Below the pieces are notes generated by a model. The model worked only from the letters and a program-made list of their open reading frames with translations. It was not told where the DNA came from and did not search any database. DNA of 55,204 bases, the filler included, from Candidatus Omnitrophota bacterium (GTDB lineage Bacteria > Omnitrophota > Gorgyraeia > Zapsychrales > JBDRMG01), in NCBI GenBank assembly GCA_043812495.1. It is 5 parts of 4 records of this genome, joined end to end, with 100 filler letters (N's around TTAATTAATTAA, not from the genome) between each part and the next. Parts side by side here need not be neighbours in the genome. Positions count along the whole stretch, not along the records: positions 21,018 to 47,027 come from JBDRMG010000058.1; 4 more parts are not named here. The stretch is one strand, 5' to 3'. The position numbers and the translations under genes are program-made. Shown piece after piece: positions 29,638 through 39,850 of the stretch (positions within the stretch are counted from its first letter, which is position 1; each line of letters begins with the position of its first letter).

Positions 29638-30252
29638 TTAGACAAGCCAAGGACGTTCGACCTTCTCTTTGGCTTCGTATTCTTGAATTTTACCCAAAAA
29701 CTGTTCGGTCCATCCGATGCTGTCCTGTCCTTTAAGCAGTCTTTCCTTGGCAAAGGCCTCAATGTCAAATGGATAAGATTGCTTATTCAGACCCGTGACT
29801 TGTTGGGCCTCAAGATCAACATAAATCTTGGCGCCCTTGTGGGATTCAAGCTGTTTGAACAGTTCATCGACTTCTTTAGCTTTTAAACGAACCGGCAAAA
29901 TCCCGTTGTTAAAGCAATTGTTATAAAAGATGTCGGCAAAACTCGGCGCGATAATCGCACGAAACCCATAATCAGCCAAAGCCCACGGCGCGTGCTCACG
30001 ACTCGAGCCGCACCCAAAATTATCACGGGCCAAAAGAATCGTGGCACCTTGATATTCCGGTTTGTTGAGAACAAAATCGCTGTTAGGTTTGGACAAATCA
30101 TTATCCAGATATCGCCAGTCTTGGAACAGATGTTTTCCAAAGCCCGTCCGTTCGATCTTTCTTAAGAACTGCTTTGGGATAATCTGGTCCGTGTCCACAT
30201 TGGCGCGATCCAAAGGAACGATAATCCCTGTATGTTGATTAAAAGGCTTCAT
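29638..30252 (-). CDS. leuD: 3-isopropylmalate dehydratase small subunit
   Basis: [31 protein letters not shown] at 30252. Confidence 0.96.
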   Translation of the reverse strand: MKPFNQHTGIIVPLDRANVDTDQIIPKQFLRKIERTGFGKHLFQDWRYLDNDLSKPNSDFVLNKPEYQGATILLARDNFGCGSSREHAPWALADYGFRAIIAPSFADIFYNNCFNNGILPVRLKAKEVDELFKQLESHKGAKIYVDLEAQQVTGLNKQSYPFDIEAFAKERLLKGQDSIGWTEQFLGKIQEYEAKEKVERPWLV

Positions 30253-30253
30253 T

Positions 30254-31660
30254 CTATCCTTCCAAATACTTTCTGATATCGACAATGCGGCCTTCGAGTG
30301 CGGCGGCAGCCGCCATTTGGGCGCTCACAAGATGCGTGCGGCTTCCGCGGCCCTGACGGCCTTCAAAATTTCTGTTGCTGGCGGATGCGCATCGTTCACC
30401 GGGATTCAAACGGTCATCGTTCATGCCCAAGCACATGGAGCAACCCGAAAAACGCCATTCAAAACCGGCAGCTTTGAATATTTGGTCCAGTCCTTCTTTT
30501 TCCGCTTGACGGCGTACCATTTCGGACCCTGGCACGATCAATACGCGGACCTTCGCATGAATTTTCTTTCCCTGAACGATTTTTGCGGCTTCTCGCAAAT
30601 CTTCTATGCGTCCATTGGTGCACGAACCGATAAAGACCGCGTCGATGGAAATGTCTGTCATGGGCGTGCCGGGTTTCAAATCCATATATTTCAAAGCTTT
30701 CTTTGCGGCTTCACGCGCAACAGTGTCCTTAAATTCATTCGGATCAGGAACTTTGCCATCAACGGCAGTAACTTGCCCGGGACTTGTACCCCAGGTCACT
30801 TGTGGTGCGATATCTTCGGCCTTGAATTCTATGACTTTATCAAAATGAGCGCCGGGATCGCTAGGCAAAGTTTTCCAATAGCTGACGGCCTTGTCCCAAT
30901 TCTCGCCAGAAGGAGCATACTTGCGGCCTTTAACGTATTCAAATGTCTTTTCATCAGGCGTAATCATCCCGGCACGCGCGCCGGCTTCGATGCTCATGTT
31001 GCAAATCGTCATGCGGCCTTCCATGCTCAAATCCCGGATTGTGCTTCCGGCATATTCAACGACATATCCGGTTGCGCCGGCTGTTCCGATTCTTCCGATA
31101 ATATATAGAATGACGTCTTTGGCGGTAACACCTTTTTCGAGTTTACCGTCGACCTTGATCATCATTGTTTTAGTTTTATTCTGCTGCAAAGTCTGCGTGG
31201 CCAGTACATGCTCCACTTCGGATGTTCCAATACCAAAGGCAAGCGCGCCGAAGGCCCCGTGAGTTGCTGTATGCGAGTCACCGGCCACAATGGTCATTCC
31301 GGGCAAGGTCAATCCCAATTCAGGCCCGATGACATGAATAACGCCTTGATTTTCGTGCATAAAGCCAAACAATGTCGGGCCGAATTCCTTGCAATTTCTT
31401 TCCAAAGTATCCATTTGAATGCGACAGGTTTCTTCGGCAAGAGAAATGTCTTTGGACTTTGTGGGAACATTATGATCCATCACCGCAAATGTTTTCTCCG
31501 GATGCCTGACTTTTCGTTTTGAAAGGCGCAATCCCTCAAAGGCCTGAGGGCTCGTGACTTCGTGAACCAAATGCCGGTCGATGTAGATGATCGTTGTCGC
31601 GCCTTCCTTGGAAAACACCACATGATCATCCCAATTTTTTTCGTACATGGTTTTAGACAT
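30254..31660 (-). CDS. leuC: 3-isopropylmalate dehydratase large subunit
   Basis: [48 protein letters not shown]. Confidence 0.97.
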   Translation of the reverse strand: MSKTMYEKNWDDHVVFSKEGATTIIYIDRHLVHEVTSPQAFEGLRLSKRKVRHPEKTFAVMDHNVPTKSKDISLAEETCRIQMDTLERNCKEFGPTLFGFMHENQGVIHVIGPELGLTLPGMTIVAGDSHTATHGAFGALAFGIGTSEVEHVLATQTLQQNKTKTMMIKVDGKLEKGVTAKDVILYIIGRIGTAGATGYVVEYAGSTIRDLSMEGRMTICNMSIEAGARAGMITPDEKTFEYVKGRKYAPSGENWDKAVSYWKTLPSDPGAHFDKVIEFKAEDIAPQVTWGTSPGQVTAVDGKVPDPNEFKDTVAREAAKKALKYMDLKPGTPMTDISIDAVFIGSCTNGRIEDLREAAKIVQGKKIHAKVRVLIVPGSEMVRRQAEKEGLDQIFKAAGFEWRFSGCSMCLGMNDDRLNPGERCASASNRNFEGRQGRGSRTHLVSAQMAAAAALEGRIVDIRKYLEG

Positions 31661-31671
31661 TTTTTACCCTT

Positions 31672-34323
31672 TTAAGAAAATAATTTCTTTACGATGAAGG
31701 AAAGTATACCACCGTTTTGGTAGTAATCAACTTCTGTTTTTGTATCTAGGCGCACTTTTGTAATAAACTTCTTTTCAAATCCACTCTTTGATTTTGCGAC
31801 AACGGAAATGTCTTGATTGGGCTTCATTTGGTCAGACAGACCGCAAAAATCAAACATTTCATCTCCTTTAAGTCCCAATGATTCTTTGGAATCTTCGTCC
31901 TTAAATTGTAAAGGCAAAATTCCCATTCCGATGAGATTGCTTTTGTGAATACGCTCAAAACTCTGCGCCAAAACAATCGTGACTCCCAAAAGTGCCGTTC
32001 CTTTGGCCGCCCAATCGCGACTTGAACCTGTTCCGTATTCTTTACCGGCGATGACAATCAAAGAGATATTTTCCTTTTTATATTCTTGCGCGGCATCAAA
32101 AATCGTCATTTCTTTATAGGACGGAAAATGCTTCGTCCATGATCCTTCTTTTTGCGGCGTCAAAAGATTGCGCAGGCGGATGTTCGCAAACGTCCCGCGC
32201 GTCATCACGCGGTCATTTCCGCGACGAGATCCGTACGTGTTGAAATCTTTGGGTTTGATCTTCAGTTTCTTCAAATACAATCCGGCCGGTGAATCTTCTT
32301 TGATGGCTCCGGCCGGCGAGATATGGTCTGTCGTTACAAAATCCCCCAGCACAACAAGTGCACGAGCATTTATAACAGCTTCTCTTTTTTGTTTTTTCAG
32401 GCTATCCTTCTCAAAAAATGGCGGCTCTTGAATATATGTGCTTTTCGGATTCCATGCATAAAGATCGGATGATTTAACTTTGATTTTTCTCCAATGAGCA
32501 TCACCCTTCTCTATATTCTTATACTTCTTTTTATAGACACTGGGCAGTAAAGACGCGGGAATCAAGCGATCGATTTCTTTTTGCGTCGGCCAGATATCTT
32601 TCAAATCGACATCTCTTTTTCCTTTATCCTGACCTAACGGTTCGGTCAGAAAATCAATTCCCATGCGGCCGGCAATCGCATAAGCGACCACGAGCGCGGG
32701 GCTGGCCAAATAATTTGCTTTGACCAAAGGATGAATGCGCCCTTCGAAATTTCGGTTTCCGCTTAGCACGCTTGCGGCCAGGAGATTATGATTTTTTATG
32801 GCTTTCACAACATTGTCCGCTAATGGCCCGCTATTCCCAATGCATGTCGCGCAGCCGTAGCCCACAATGTTGAATCCAAGCTTTTCAAAGTACTTCAAAA
32901 GATTGTTTTTCTTAAGATAGACTTCCACAACACGTGACCCGGGAATAAAACTTGTCTTGACGTATTCTTTTGCTTTTAACCCTCTCCCTGCTGCCTTCTT
33001 GGCCAATAAACCGGCCGCGATTAAAACCGAAGGATCGGATGTATTTGTGCAGCTCGTGATCGATGCGATGCTGACAAAACCGTTTTTGACTGTCGACTTT
33101 CCTATCTTTGCCTCTTTCTTATGGTCTTTAATGAATCTATTGCAATGTGCCGGCATATCTCCAAGCCAAATACGTTCATGCGGTTTTCTGGGGCCTGCTA
33201 AGGAGACCTCAACGGCACCAAGGTCTAATTCAATTTTATCAGAATACTTTGTTTTTCTTGCGATGTCATAAAACAGATCTTGTTCTTTATAGTATCGTTC
33301 GATAAGATCAACCTGCGCTTTCGAGCGTCCGGTTGAATGATAATAATTCAGTGTTTCTTGATCAACCGGAAATAATCCCATGGTTGCCCCGTATTCGGGT
33401 GCCATATTGGAAAGCATGGCTCTTTGCGAAAGGCTTAAGCATTTGATTCCTTCGCCATAAAATTCAACGAATTTTCCGACCACGCCTTTCTTGCGAAGAA
33501 TCTGGGTAACCGTTAAGGCAATATCGGTGGCCATCACGCCGTTCTTGGGAGCACCTGTAAGTTTAAATCCGACAACTTCCGGCAGATTCATCATAATGGG
33601 TTCGCCAAGCATCACAGCTTCTGCTTCAATTCCTCCGGCGCCCCAGCCGACTATCCCCAGGCCATTGATCATGGTTGTATGGCTGTCCGTTCCAATCACC
33701 GTATCGGGAAAAGCTATGATCTTATTCCCAACTTTTTTCAGAAAAATGCCTTGGGCCAAATATTCCAGGTTGATCTGATGGATAATCCCGCTAGAAGGCG
33801 GAAAAATGCGGAAATTCTTAAAGGCTTTTTGACCCCATTTCAAGAACTGATATCGCTCTTTATTGCGCTTATATTCTTCTGCCAGATTCCTCTTAAACGC
33901 TGTCTTTGTTTTAAAATAGTCGACCTGCATGGAGTGGTCAATAATGAGATCACAGGGAATCTGGGGATTGATTTTCTTCGGATCTTTTCCCATTTTCTTC
34001 ATCGCCGAGCGCATGGCTGCTAAATCTACCAGGCACGGCACACCGGTAAAATCCTGTAGAATGACACGGCCGGGCTTAAATGCTATCGTGCCGGCTGATT
34101 TCATTTGAGGAGCCCAATTCAAAACACTTCTGATCATGGACTCATCGGCTTGGCTTTGATCGTAAAGACGAAGAACGCCTTCGAGCAGTATTTTGATTGA
34201 ATAAGGCAACGGGCCAACCCTGCCACCGGTTAATTTGTCAAACGTCGGAAGGCTCAAGATGGTGACATTGCCTTTTTGCGTTTTAAGCGTTTTCTTAATT
34301 CTACTTATATTGATACCAGTCAT
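31672..34323 (-). CDS. acnA: Aconitate hydratase A
   Basis: LPYSIKILLE, QDFTGVP, GTDSHTTMING, ITSCTNTS, GCATCIGNSG, TTDHISPAG, SSRDWAAKG; start may be 34323 or 34350. Confidence 0.95.
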   Translation of the reverse strand: MTGINISRIKKTLKTQKGNVTILSLPTFDKLTGGRVGPLPYSIKILLEGVLRLYDQSQADESMIRSVLNWAPQMKSAGTIAFKPGRVILQDFTGVPCLVDLAAMRSAMKKMGKDPKKINPQIPCDLIIDHSMQVDYFKTKTAFKRNLAEEYKRNKERYQFLKWGQKAFKNFRIFPPSSGIIHQINLEYLAQGIFLKKVGNKIIAFPDTVIGTDSHTTMINGLGIVGWGAGGIEAEAVMLGEPIMMNLPEVVGFKLTGAPKNGVMATDIALTVTQILRKKGVVGKFVEFYGEGIKCLSLSQRAMLSNMAPEYGATMGLFPVDQETLNYYHSTGRSKAQVDLIERYYKEQDLFYDIARKTKYSDKIELDLGAVEVSLAGPRKPHERIWLGDMPAHCNRFIKDHKKEAKIGKSTVKNGFVSIASITSCTNTSDPSVLIAAGLLAKKAAGRGLKAKEYVKTSFIPGSRVVEVYLKKNNLLKYFEKLGFNIVGYGCATCIGNSGPLADNVVKAIKNHNLLAASVLSGNRNFEGRIHPLVKANYLASPALVVAYAIAGRMGIDFLTEPLGQDKGKRDVDLKDIWPTQKEIDRLIPASLLPSVYKKKYKNIEKGDAHWRKIKVKSSDLYAWNPKSTYIQEPPFFEKDSLKKQKREAVINARALVVLGDFVTTDHISPAGAIKEDSPAGLYLKKLKIKPKDFNTYGSRRGNDRVMTRGTFANIRLRNLLTPQKEGSWTKHFPSYKEMTIFDAAQEYKKENISLIVIAGKEYGTGSSRDWAAKGTALLGVTIVLAQSFERIHKSNLIGMGILPLQFKDEDSKESLGLKGDEMFDFCGLSDQMKPNQDISVVAKSKSGFEKKFITKVRLDTKTEVDYYQNGGILSFIVKKLFS

Positions 34324-34441
34324 TTTGCATCCTTTTCCAATGAAAAGCATTATAGGTTAAGTCCCTATAAACGTCAATAGCCGTCCATTATGCGTTCAAA
34401 ATTAACTTGAATTTGCTCCTAATTCAAGTAAACTCATACTG

Positions 34442-35902
34442 ATGCGTATATTTGTTCTCAACCCATCTTTTGGCGAAAATTTTGTGCGTGTGGCACGCTG
34501 GGCCGCAAAATCCCGGGGCCGCGTGCAACGCCATCCGGACTATCTTTTGATTGCCGTTCAAATTCTTCTCAATGATGGTCACGACGTCTATTTTTGTGAA
34601 GCGGCAGCGCAAAACCTTTCGCCGGAAGAATCGCTACAGAAGGCCAAAGAATTCAAACCGGATCTTCTTGTCATTCATGCCACAACCCCTTCTATTTATT
34701 CCGACATTGATCAAGCTAAGCACATCAAAGAGCAGACATGCTGTAAGGTGGCTTTTGTCGGCCAGCACGTATCCGCAGAGACAGGAAATACGTTTGAAAT
34801 CGGGCGCCAAACGGTTGATTTTATCTTGCGTGGCGAATATGATGATACACTTCGTGATTTAGCCAAAGGTTTGAAGGCATCCGAAATTAAGGGATTATCC
34901 TGGATTAAAGACGGCAAGATTTCCCATAATGAAAACCGTCCTCTCCTGAACGTCAACGAACTTCCTTTTCCGGCCTGGCATCTCATCAAACCCGAATGGT
35001 ATCCAGATGCAGGCAAGAAATTTCCTTTTTTGACTCTTCTTTCGGGACGGGGCTGCAATAATGCCTGCACCTTCTGCCGCGACCCCCAAATCATGTACGG
35101 GCATGCCTTACGCATGCGAGACGCCAGGCTTGTCGCTGATGAAATGGAATACGATCTTAAAATTTATCCGCAAATTCGGGAAATTATGTTTGAAACCGAT
35201 ACGTTCGCGGCTGATTCCAATCATGTCATTGACGTGTGCCATGAAATCTTGAAACGCAATCTTCACAAGCGCATCTCGTGGTCATGCAATATGCGCGTAG
35301 ACATTGAGCTGGATTTGTTTCCTTTGATGAAAAAAGCCGGTTGCCGGATGCTGATGACCGGATTTGAATTCGGAACGGACAAAGCGCTCAAATCCGTTTG
35401 CAAAGGGCGGGTTAATACAGAAATGGCAAGGGAATTTGCACAAAAAGCCGCTGACGTCGGGCTTATTGTCCATGGATGTTTTATGATTGGAGCACCCGGT
35501 GAAACTAAGGAAGATGCTCGCGCGACCATTGAGCTGGCCAAATCTATTCCTATGGATACGGTTCAATTTACAGGCGTTGCGGCGTATCCTGGAACTGTTC
35601 TTTACCGGCAGGCCAAAGAAAATGGCTGGCTGATTCCCGGTGATTGGACCGAATGGCTGACCAAAGAAAAAGAACAGCGGACTCTTTTGAATTATCCGCT
35701 GCTTTCGCAGATAGAAATTGATAAGTTCATCGACATCGGATTAAAGGAATTCTATTTGCGTCCCAAGCAGATATTGAAGATGCTTTTTGCCATTCGGAGT
35801 TTTGGTGATATTTTGCGCAAGATTTACGGTCTATTTGCCTTTATTGATTACTTTTTTAAGAAAATATTTTCAAAAAAACAAATTACAAAGGAGTCTTGCT
35901 GA
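34442..35902 (+). CDS. Cobalamin-binding radical SAM protein (HpnJ/BchE-like clade)
   Basis: N-terminal B12-binding region; SGRGCNNACTFC; HGCFMIGAPGET; YPGT. Confidence 0.85.
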   Translation: MRIFVLNPSFGENFVRVARWAAKSRGRVQRHPDYLLIAVQILLNDGHDVYFCEAAAQNLSPEESLQKAKEFKPDLLVIHATTPSIYSDIDQAKHIKEQTCCKVAFVGQHVSAETGNTFEIGRQTVDFILRGEYDDTLRDLAKGLKASEIKGLSWIKDGKISHNENRPLLNVNELPFPAWHLIKPEWYPDAGKKFPFLTLLSGRGCNNACTFCRDPQIMYGHALRMRDARLVADEMEYDLKIYPQIREIMFETDTFAADSNHVIDVCHEILKRNLHKRISWSCNMRVDIELDLFPLMKKAGCRMLMTGFEFGTDKALKSVCKGRVNTEMAREFAQKAADVGLIVHGCFMIGAPGETKEDARATIELAKSIPMDTVQFTGVAAYPGTVLYRQAKENGWLIPGDWTEWLTKEKEQRTLLNYPLLSQIEIDKFIDIGLKEFYLRPKQILKMLFAIRSFGDILRKIYGLFAFIDYFFKKIFSKKQITKESC

Positions 35903-36156
35903 TGCCTCACGTTGTCACCAATGCCTGCACAAAATGCACAAGCTGCGTTGTTGCCTGTCCGGTGGATGCTTTCAGGGGAGATGCGGACATGCTTGTCATC
36001 GATCCTGAGGTATGTATTGATTGCGGGGCCTGCACGGCCGAATGCCCTGTGCAGGCCATTTACGCAGCCGAAGATATTCCGGAAAATGGAAAGCCGTTTA
36101 TTGAAATAAACGCACAGAAAGCCAAAGAATGCCCGATAATAAATGAGAAGAAATAA
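35902..36156 (+). CDS. 2[4Fe-4S] ferredoxin
   Basis: CTKCTSCVVACP and CIDCGACTAECP; TGATG overlap with the radical SAM stop. Confidence 0.92.
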   Translation: MPHVVTNACTKCTSCVVACPVDAFRGDADMLVIDPEVCIDCGACTAECPVQAIYAAEDIPENGKPFIEINAQKAKECPIINEKK

Positions 36157-36169
36157 TTTTTAGTCATAA

Positions 36170-36212
36170 AAAATGGGCCCCCGCCATTGATTTGATGGCG
36201 GGGGCCCATTTT
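36170..36212. terminator. Bidirectional terminator-like hairpin derived from the family A core
   Basis: AAAATGGGCCCCCGCCAT...ATGGCGGGGGCCCATTTT between convergent genes. Confidence 0.65.
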
Positions 36213-36228
36213 ATCCAACCTTATTCTT

Positions 36229-36741
36229 TTATTTCTTTTGATATAAACCAATCAATTCAGCCTGCCCAAGAATATGACCTTTCATGGCCTTTTCCAGCTG
36301 ATCTTTTGTAATTCCTTCTTTCGATCCTAGCACCGCATCCAAAGCATAGATTTTGTGAAAATATCTATGGGTTCCGCTTGGAGGGCATGGGCCGCCATAG
36401 TTGGTGCGTCCAAAATTATTATATCCCTGCTTTCCCGGTATCGTGTCTTCTTTGATTTCGTTCACGATGGGAATATCAAAGAGCAACCAATGCACCCAAA
36501 GTCCCATCGGAGCATCCGGGTCATCGACAATAAGAGCAAGACTTTTAGCCCCTTGCGGGATTTCTGAAATAACCAACGGCGGATTAATATCTTCCCCCTG
36601 GCATGTGTATTTAGCAGGAATATAGCCATTATGCGAAAAAACTGGACTAATGATTTTCATCTTTGCGCCTCCTTGCTGACCACAGGCATTAACAGTCGTC
36701 AATAAAAATAAGATTGAAATAAATATGAATACTCTTTTCAT
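36229..36741 (-). CDS. YbhB/YbcL family (PEBP) protein with signal peptide
   Basis: YTCQGEDINPPL, DDPDAP, WVHW, YGGPCPPSGTHRY. Confidence 0.93.
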   Translation of the reverse strand: MKRVFIFISILFLLTTVNACGQQGGAKMKIISPVFSHNGYIPAKYTCQGEDINPPLVISEIPQGAKSLALIVDDPDAPMGLWVHWLLFDIPIVNEIKEDTIPGKQGYNNFGRTNYGGPCPPSGTHRYFHKIYALDAVLGSKEGITKDQLEKAMKGHILGQAELIGLYQKK

Positions 36742-36753
36742 TTTTTCTCCTTC

Positions 36754-37260
36754 TTAGGATGTCATGCGTTTGTAGATATCCTGATAAATTCTTAAATCGT
36801 TTTCGGAAAAACAAATAAAACGAATTTCATCAAAGTCATCTTTATGCTTCAATCCGACAGATAAAGCGACTTCCGCTCCCTGATCTTTTGGATATCTATA
36901 TACGCCAGTACTGATCGCCGGAAGAGCAATGGTCTTGAAATGATTTTCTTTAGCCAACTGCAAACTTCGATCATAACATCTTTTGAGTAATAGCTCTTCG
37001 CCGCTTTCGCCGCCTCCCCAAACAGGTCCGACTGTATGAATGATTTTCTTTGCTTTTAAATTTCCGGCATTTGTGATGACGGCATCCCCCGTAGCACAGT
37101 AACCAATTCCAATGCATTCGTCTAATACAGAAGGGCCCGCTTCGCGGTGAATGGCTCCATCCACGCCCCCTCCGCCGCGCAGACGCGTATTGGCCGCGTT
37201 CACAATCACATCGACATCTTCTTGGGTAATATCACCTTGCTTCAGAATAATATTTCCCAT
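36754..37260 (-). CDS. Macro domain O-acetyl-ADP-ribose deacetylase (YmdB-like)
   Basis: GDIT...[32 protein letters not shown]. Confidence 0.93.
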   Translation of the reverse strand: MGNIILKQGDITQEDVDVIVNAANTRLRGGGGVDGAIHREAGPSVLDECIGIGYCATGDAVITNAGNLKAKKIIHTVGPVWGGGESGEELLLKRCYDRSLQLAKENHFKTIALPAISTGVYRYPKDQGAEVALSVGLKHKDDFDEIRFICFSENDLRIYQDIYKRMTS

Positions 37261-37335
37261 GACTTATTACTCCCTTCTTTTTCTTGCCAACGCACAAACA
37301 GAAGGTGCTGATCAATGAGAATCGTTAAGCTTAGC

Positions 37336-38409
37336 TTACCTTAAATCCAGGGGTATTAACGGATTATCATCATCCGGCGGCTTCGGCGGTTCTGGCGGAT
37401 TAGGAGACTGCTGAGGCTCAGTCGGTTCCGTTGATTGAAGCGGATCTTTATCTTTTGAGCTTGCGTCAATGATTGGCATCTCTTTTGCTTCCTGAGGTTC
37501 AGCAAGAGCGATATACCAGGGCACGATGATGCCGACAGCAGGAACGAGAATCAGTAACCCGAGCCAAGACGGCTTTTGGCGTGCTTCTGCAATACCCATC
37601 CAGATAATTACAAATAAAATGATTCCTATCAAAGGACCGATAAACGGAATGAGAAAAAGGAGAATCCACCACGTCGGCCGACCGGCAATCCAGCACATCA
37701 AGATCGCATTGGCAATAGGAACATAGGCCATCCACTCATGCCCCGTTCCTGTTTTTTTGGCAATCATCGCAAGCGGAATACACATCAAAATATAAAGCAT
37801 CAATACGGCAATAATCGCACCCACAAGAAAAATTCCGGAAACTGCTTTAAAGGGAAATTCCGGAAAAATAGAAACTTTCTTATTTTCTTCTTTTCCTATA
37901 ATAACCAATTTGTCCATCGTTTCAGGAGAAAATTCATTTCTCATTTCAATGACAGACGATGGTCCTTCTTCTTTTTGCATCGGAGAACCAATGAGCTCAA
38001 TCACTTCGATCTTTCGTCCTTGGCTATCTATTTTTTCCTTAATGGACACGCCGTTCTCGAGACCGGATATCGTGTCTTTAGTAATCTTTCCAAACTCATC
38101 GTATCGTCTTTCACCTATCTTCTTTCCGTATTTATAAAGATACTCGACTTCCAGCTCACCGCTTGAGTTATAAATTTTTCCTACACCCTCCGGTAGACCG
38201 TTCTCAAAATAGACCTCTTGATACGTGGTCCCGTCTTCATAATATTTCTGAGCCAAACCATTGAGTTTTCCATCTTTGTAAACAGCGCGATCCTTGATAT
38301 TGCCGTTCTTATAGCGTGTAATCACAACCCCTTCTTTGGGCGGTTCTTGAGCAAAAACAGTACCCGCCAAGAGAACGATGACTAATGGAATAAAGAGCGC
38401 TCTTTTCAT
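37336..38409 (-). CDS. Membrane protein: signal peptide, MORN/YwqK-like repeats, DUF5684-like TM domain, Pro-rich tail
   Basis: YKNGNIK..YKDGKLNG..YYEDG repeats; IAKKTG...WMAYVPIAN; ATG 38409 with GGAGG RBS. Confidence 0.75.
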   Translation of the reverse strand: MKRALFIPLVIVLLAGTVFAQEPPKEGVVITRYKNGNIKDRAVYKDGKLNGLAQKYYEDGTTYQEVYFENGLPEGVGKIYNSSGELEVEYLYKYGKKIGERRYDEFGKITKDTISGLENGVSIKEKIDSQGRKIEVIELIGSPMQKEEGPSSVIEMRNEFSPETMDKLVIIGKEENKKVSIFPEFPFKAVSGIFLVGAIIAVLMLYILMCIPLAMIAKKTGTGHEWMAYVPIANAILMCWIAGRPTWWILLFLIPFIGPLIGIILFVIIWMGIAEARQKPSWLGLLILVPAVGIIVPWYIALAEPQEAKEMPIIDASSKDKDPLQSTEPTEPQQSPNPPEPPKPPDDDNPLIPLDLR

Positions 38410-38435
38410 GCTTGTTCCTCCGTCTTGTTGAGAGT

Positions 38436-39074
38436 TCAATCTGCGTATTGCGCAATCCGTTTTATCAGAACCTGAATGTCTTTGAGAATCGCATGGGGCA
38501 AAGATTTTGATTCGCTGATTTCTCTTTCTAACAATTTTAACGTTCCCAAAAGCCTTTTAACATGCTTTTCTTTTTTTTGTTCAAAAGCCTCTTGGGAGCT
38601 TAATTCTTCCCGCTCTCTGATGATAGATGTTAAATCTCTGCGCAGCTCATGCGCCTCTTTTCCTTTTTTAAATACTTTCTCTTTAAGAGCGTTATATTCA
38701 TTATCCGAAATCTTCTTATTTTTCGCAAGTCTTAAAATATCAATAGATTCATAACTGGGCAGAGACGATACTCCTTCGGGCTGACTATGGTCATCTTTCA
38801 AATACTCCGGTTCTTCCTTTTCCAAGAAGGAATAGGATCTTAATAATTTGATCGAGGTGGCTTTTCGTATTCCGATTTCTTTCGCTGTGTAGGTTTCAAA
38901 AGTCTGATAGCCCCATTCCTTATATTTTTTGTCCTTCCAGACCGCATACAGGGCGCGCCCTAAATCAATCCAGGATGTTTTAAAAGTTTTAGCTGTTTTT
39001 AGAACATGGTAGCGAAAGGACTGCGCATCCAAACCAACCATACGCTGGTCAATGATGTCAATAGATCTTGTCAT
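38436..39074 (-). CDS. Conserved hypothetical helical protein
   Basis: FKTSWIDLGRALY..W...WGYQTFETY..KEIGIRK.T..KLLRSY; co-oriented with xth. Confidence 0.7.
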   Translation of the reverse strand: MTRSIDIIDQRMVGLDAQSFRYHVLKTAKTFKTSWIDLGRALYAVWKDKKYKEWGYQTFETYTAKEIGIRKATSIKLLRSYSFLEKEEPEYLKDDHSQPEGVSSLPSYESIDILRLAKNKKISDNEYNALKEKVFKKGKEAHELRRDLTSIIREREELSSQEAFEQKKEKHVKRLLGTLKLLEREISESKSLPHAILKDIQVLIKRIAQYAD

Positions 39075-39082
39075 ATGGGCTC

Positions 39083-39850
39083 CTATTGTAGTTCAATTCC
39101 AATGGGACAATGATCTGATCCCATCACGTTTTTTAGAATAAATGCGGACTTCAAGCGCGGCAAAAGATTTTCTGTTAGAAAGAAATAATCAATTCTCCAG
39201 CCGACGTCTCTTTGCCTGGCTCCTGTTTTATAATCCCACCATGTGTAATGACCCGGTTCTTTGATAAGATGACGAAATGTGTCTTTATAACCTTTGGATA
39301 GTAATTTGGTAACCCACGCGCGTTCCTCCGGCAGAAAGCCTGTGTTTTTTTCATTTTCCTTGGGCCGAGCAAGATCGATGGGCGTGTGTGCGGTATTGAC
39401 ATCACCGCAAATGATGAGTTCTCTTCCTTTTTTTCTTAAGTTTTCGCATTTCTTCAGAAAAGCTTCGTAAAAGGCCATCTTAAAAGGCACACGCACATTG
39501 CCCCTGCCCCCATTCGGAAAATAAACATTCCACAAAATAAATTGTCCGTAATCAAGATAGAGAGCGCGCCCTTCTGTGTCAAACTTCTTACTGCCAAGTC
39601 CTTCTTTGACTTCTTTGGGTTCTTCTTTTGTAAAGACGCCGACGCCGCTATAGCCTTTCTTCTGGGCAGCAGACCAGTATGTCCGGTACCCTTTTGGTTT
39701 TAATAAGCATTCCTTAAGTTGCTCAGGGTGTGATTTTGTTTCTTGCACACAAAGGATATCCGGAGCTTCCTTGGTAAGCCAAGGAATAAACCCTTTTTTC
39801 TCAATAGCCCTTATGCCGTTAACATTCCAGCTAAGGATCTTCAACTTCAT
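39083..39850 (-). CDS. xth: Exodeoxyribonuclease III / AP endonuclease
   Basis: SWNVNGIRA, QETK, GYSGV, GDVNTAH, GWRIDYF, GSDHCP. Confidence 0.95.
   Translation of the reverse strand: MKLKILSWNVNGIRAIEKKGFIPWLTKEAPDILCVQETKSHPEQLKECLLKPKGYRTYWSAAQKKGYSGVGVFTKEEPKEVKEGLGSKKFDTEGRALYLDYGQFILWNVYFPNGGRGNVRVPFKMAFYEAFLKKCENLRKKGRELIICGDVNTAHTPIDLARPKENEKNTGFLPEERAWVTKLLSKGYKDTFRHLIKEPGHYTWWDYKTGARQRDVGWRIDYFFLTENLLPRLKSAFILKNVMGSDHCPIGIELQ

Noticed and set aside
30317..31108. 263-aa + strand ORF and many other 60-140 aa antisense ORFs
   Set aside because: They lie opposite well-conserved genes (leuC, acnA, rnf, ilvB) and carry no motifs
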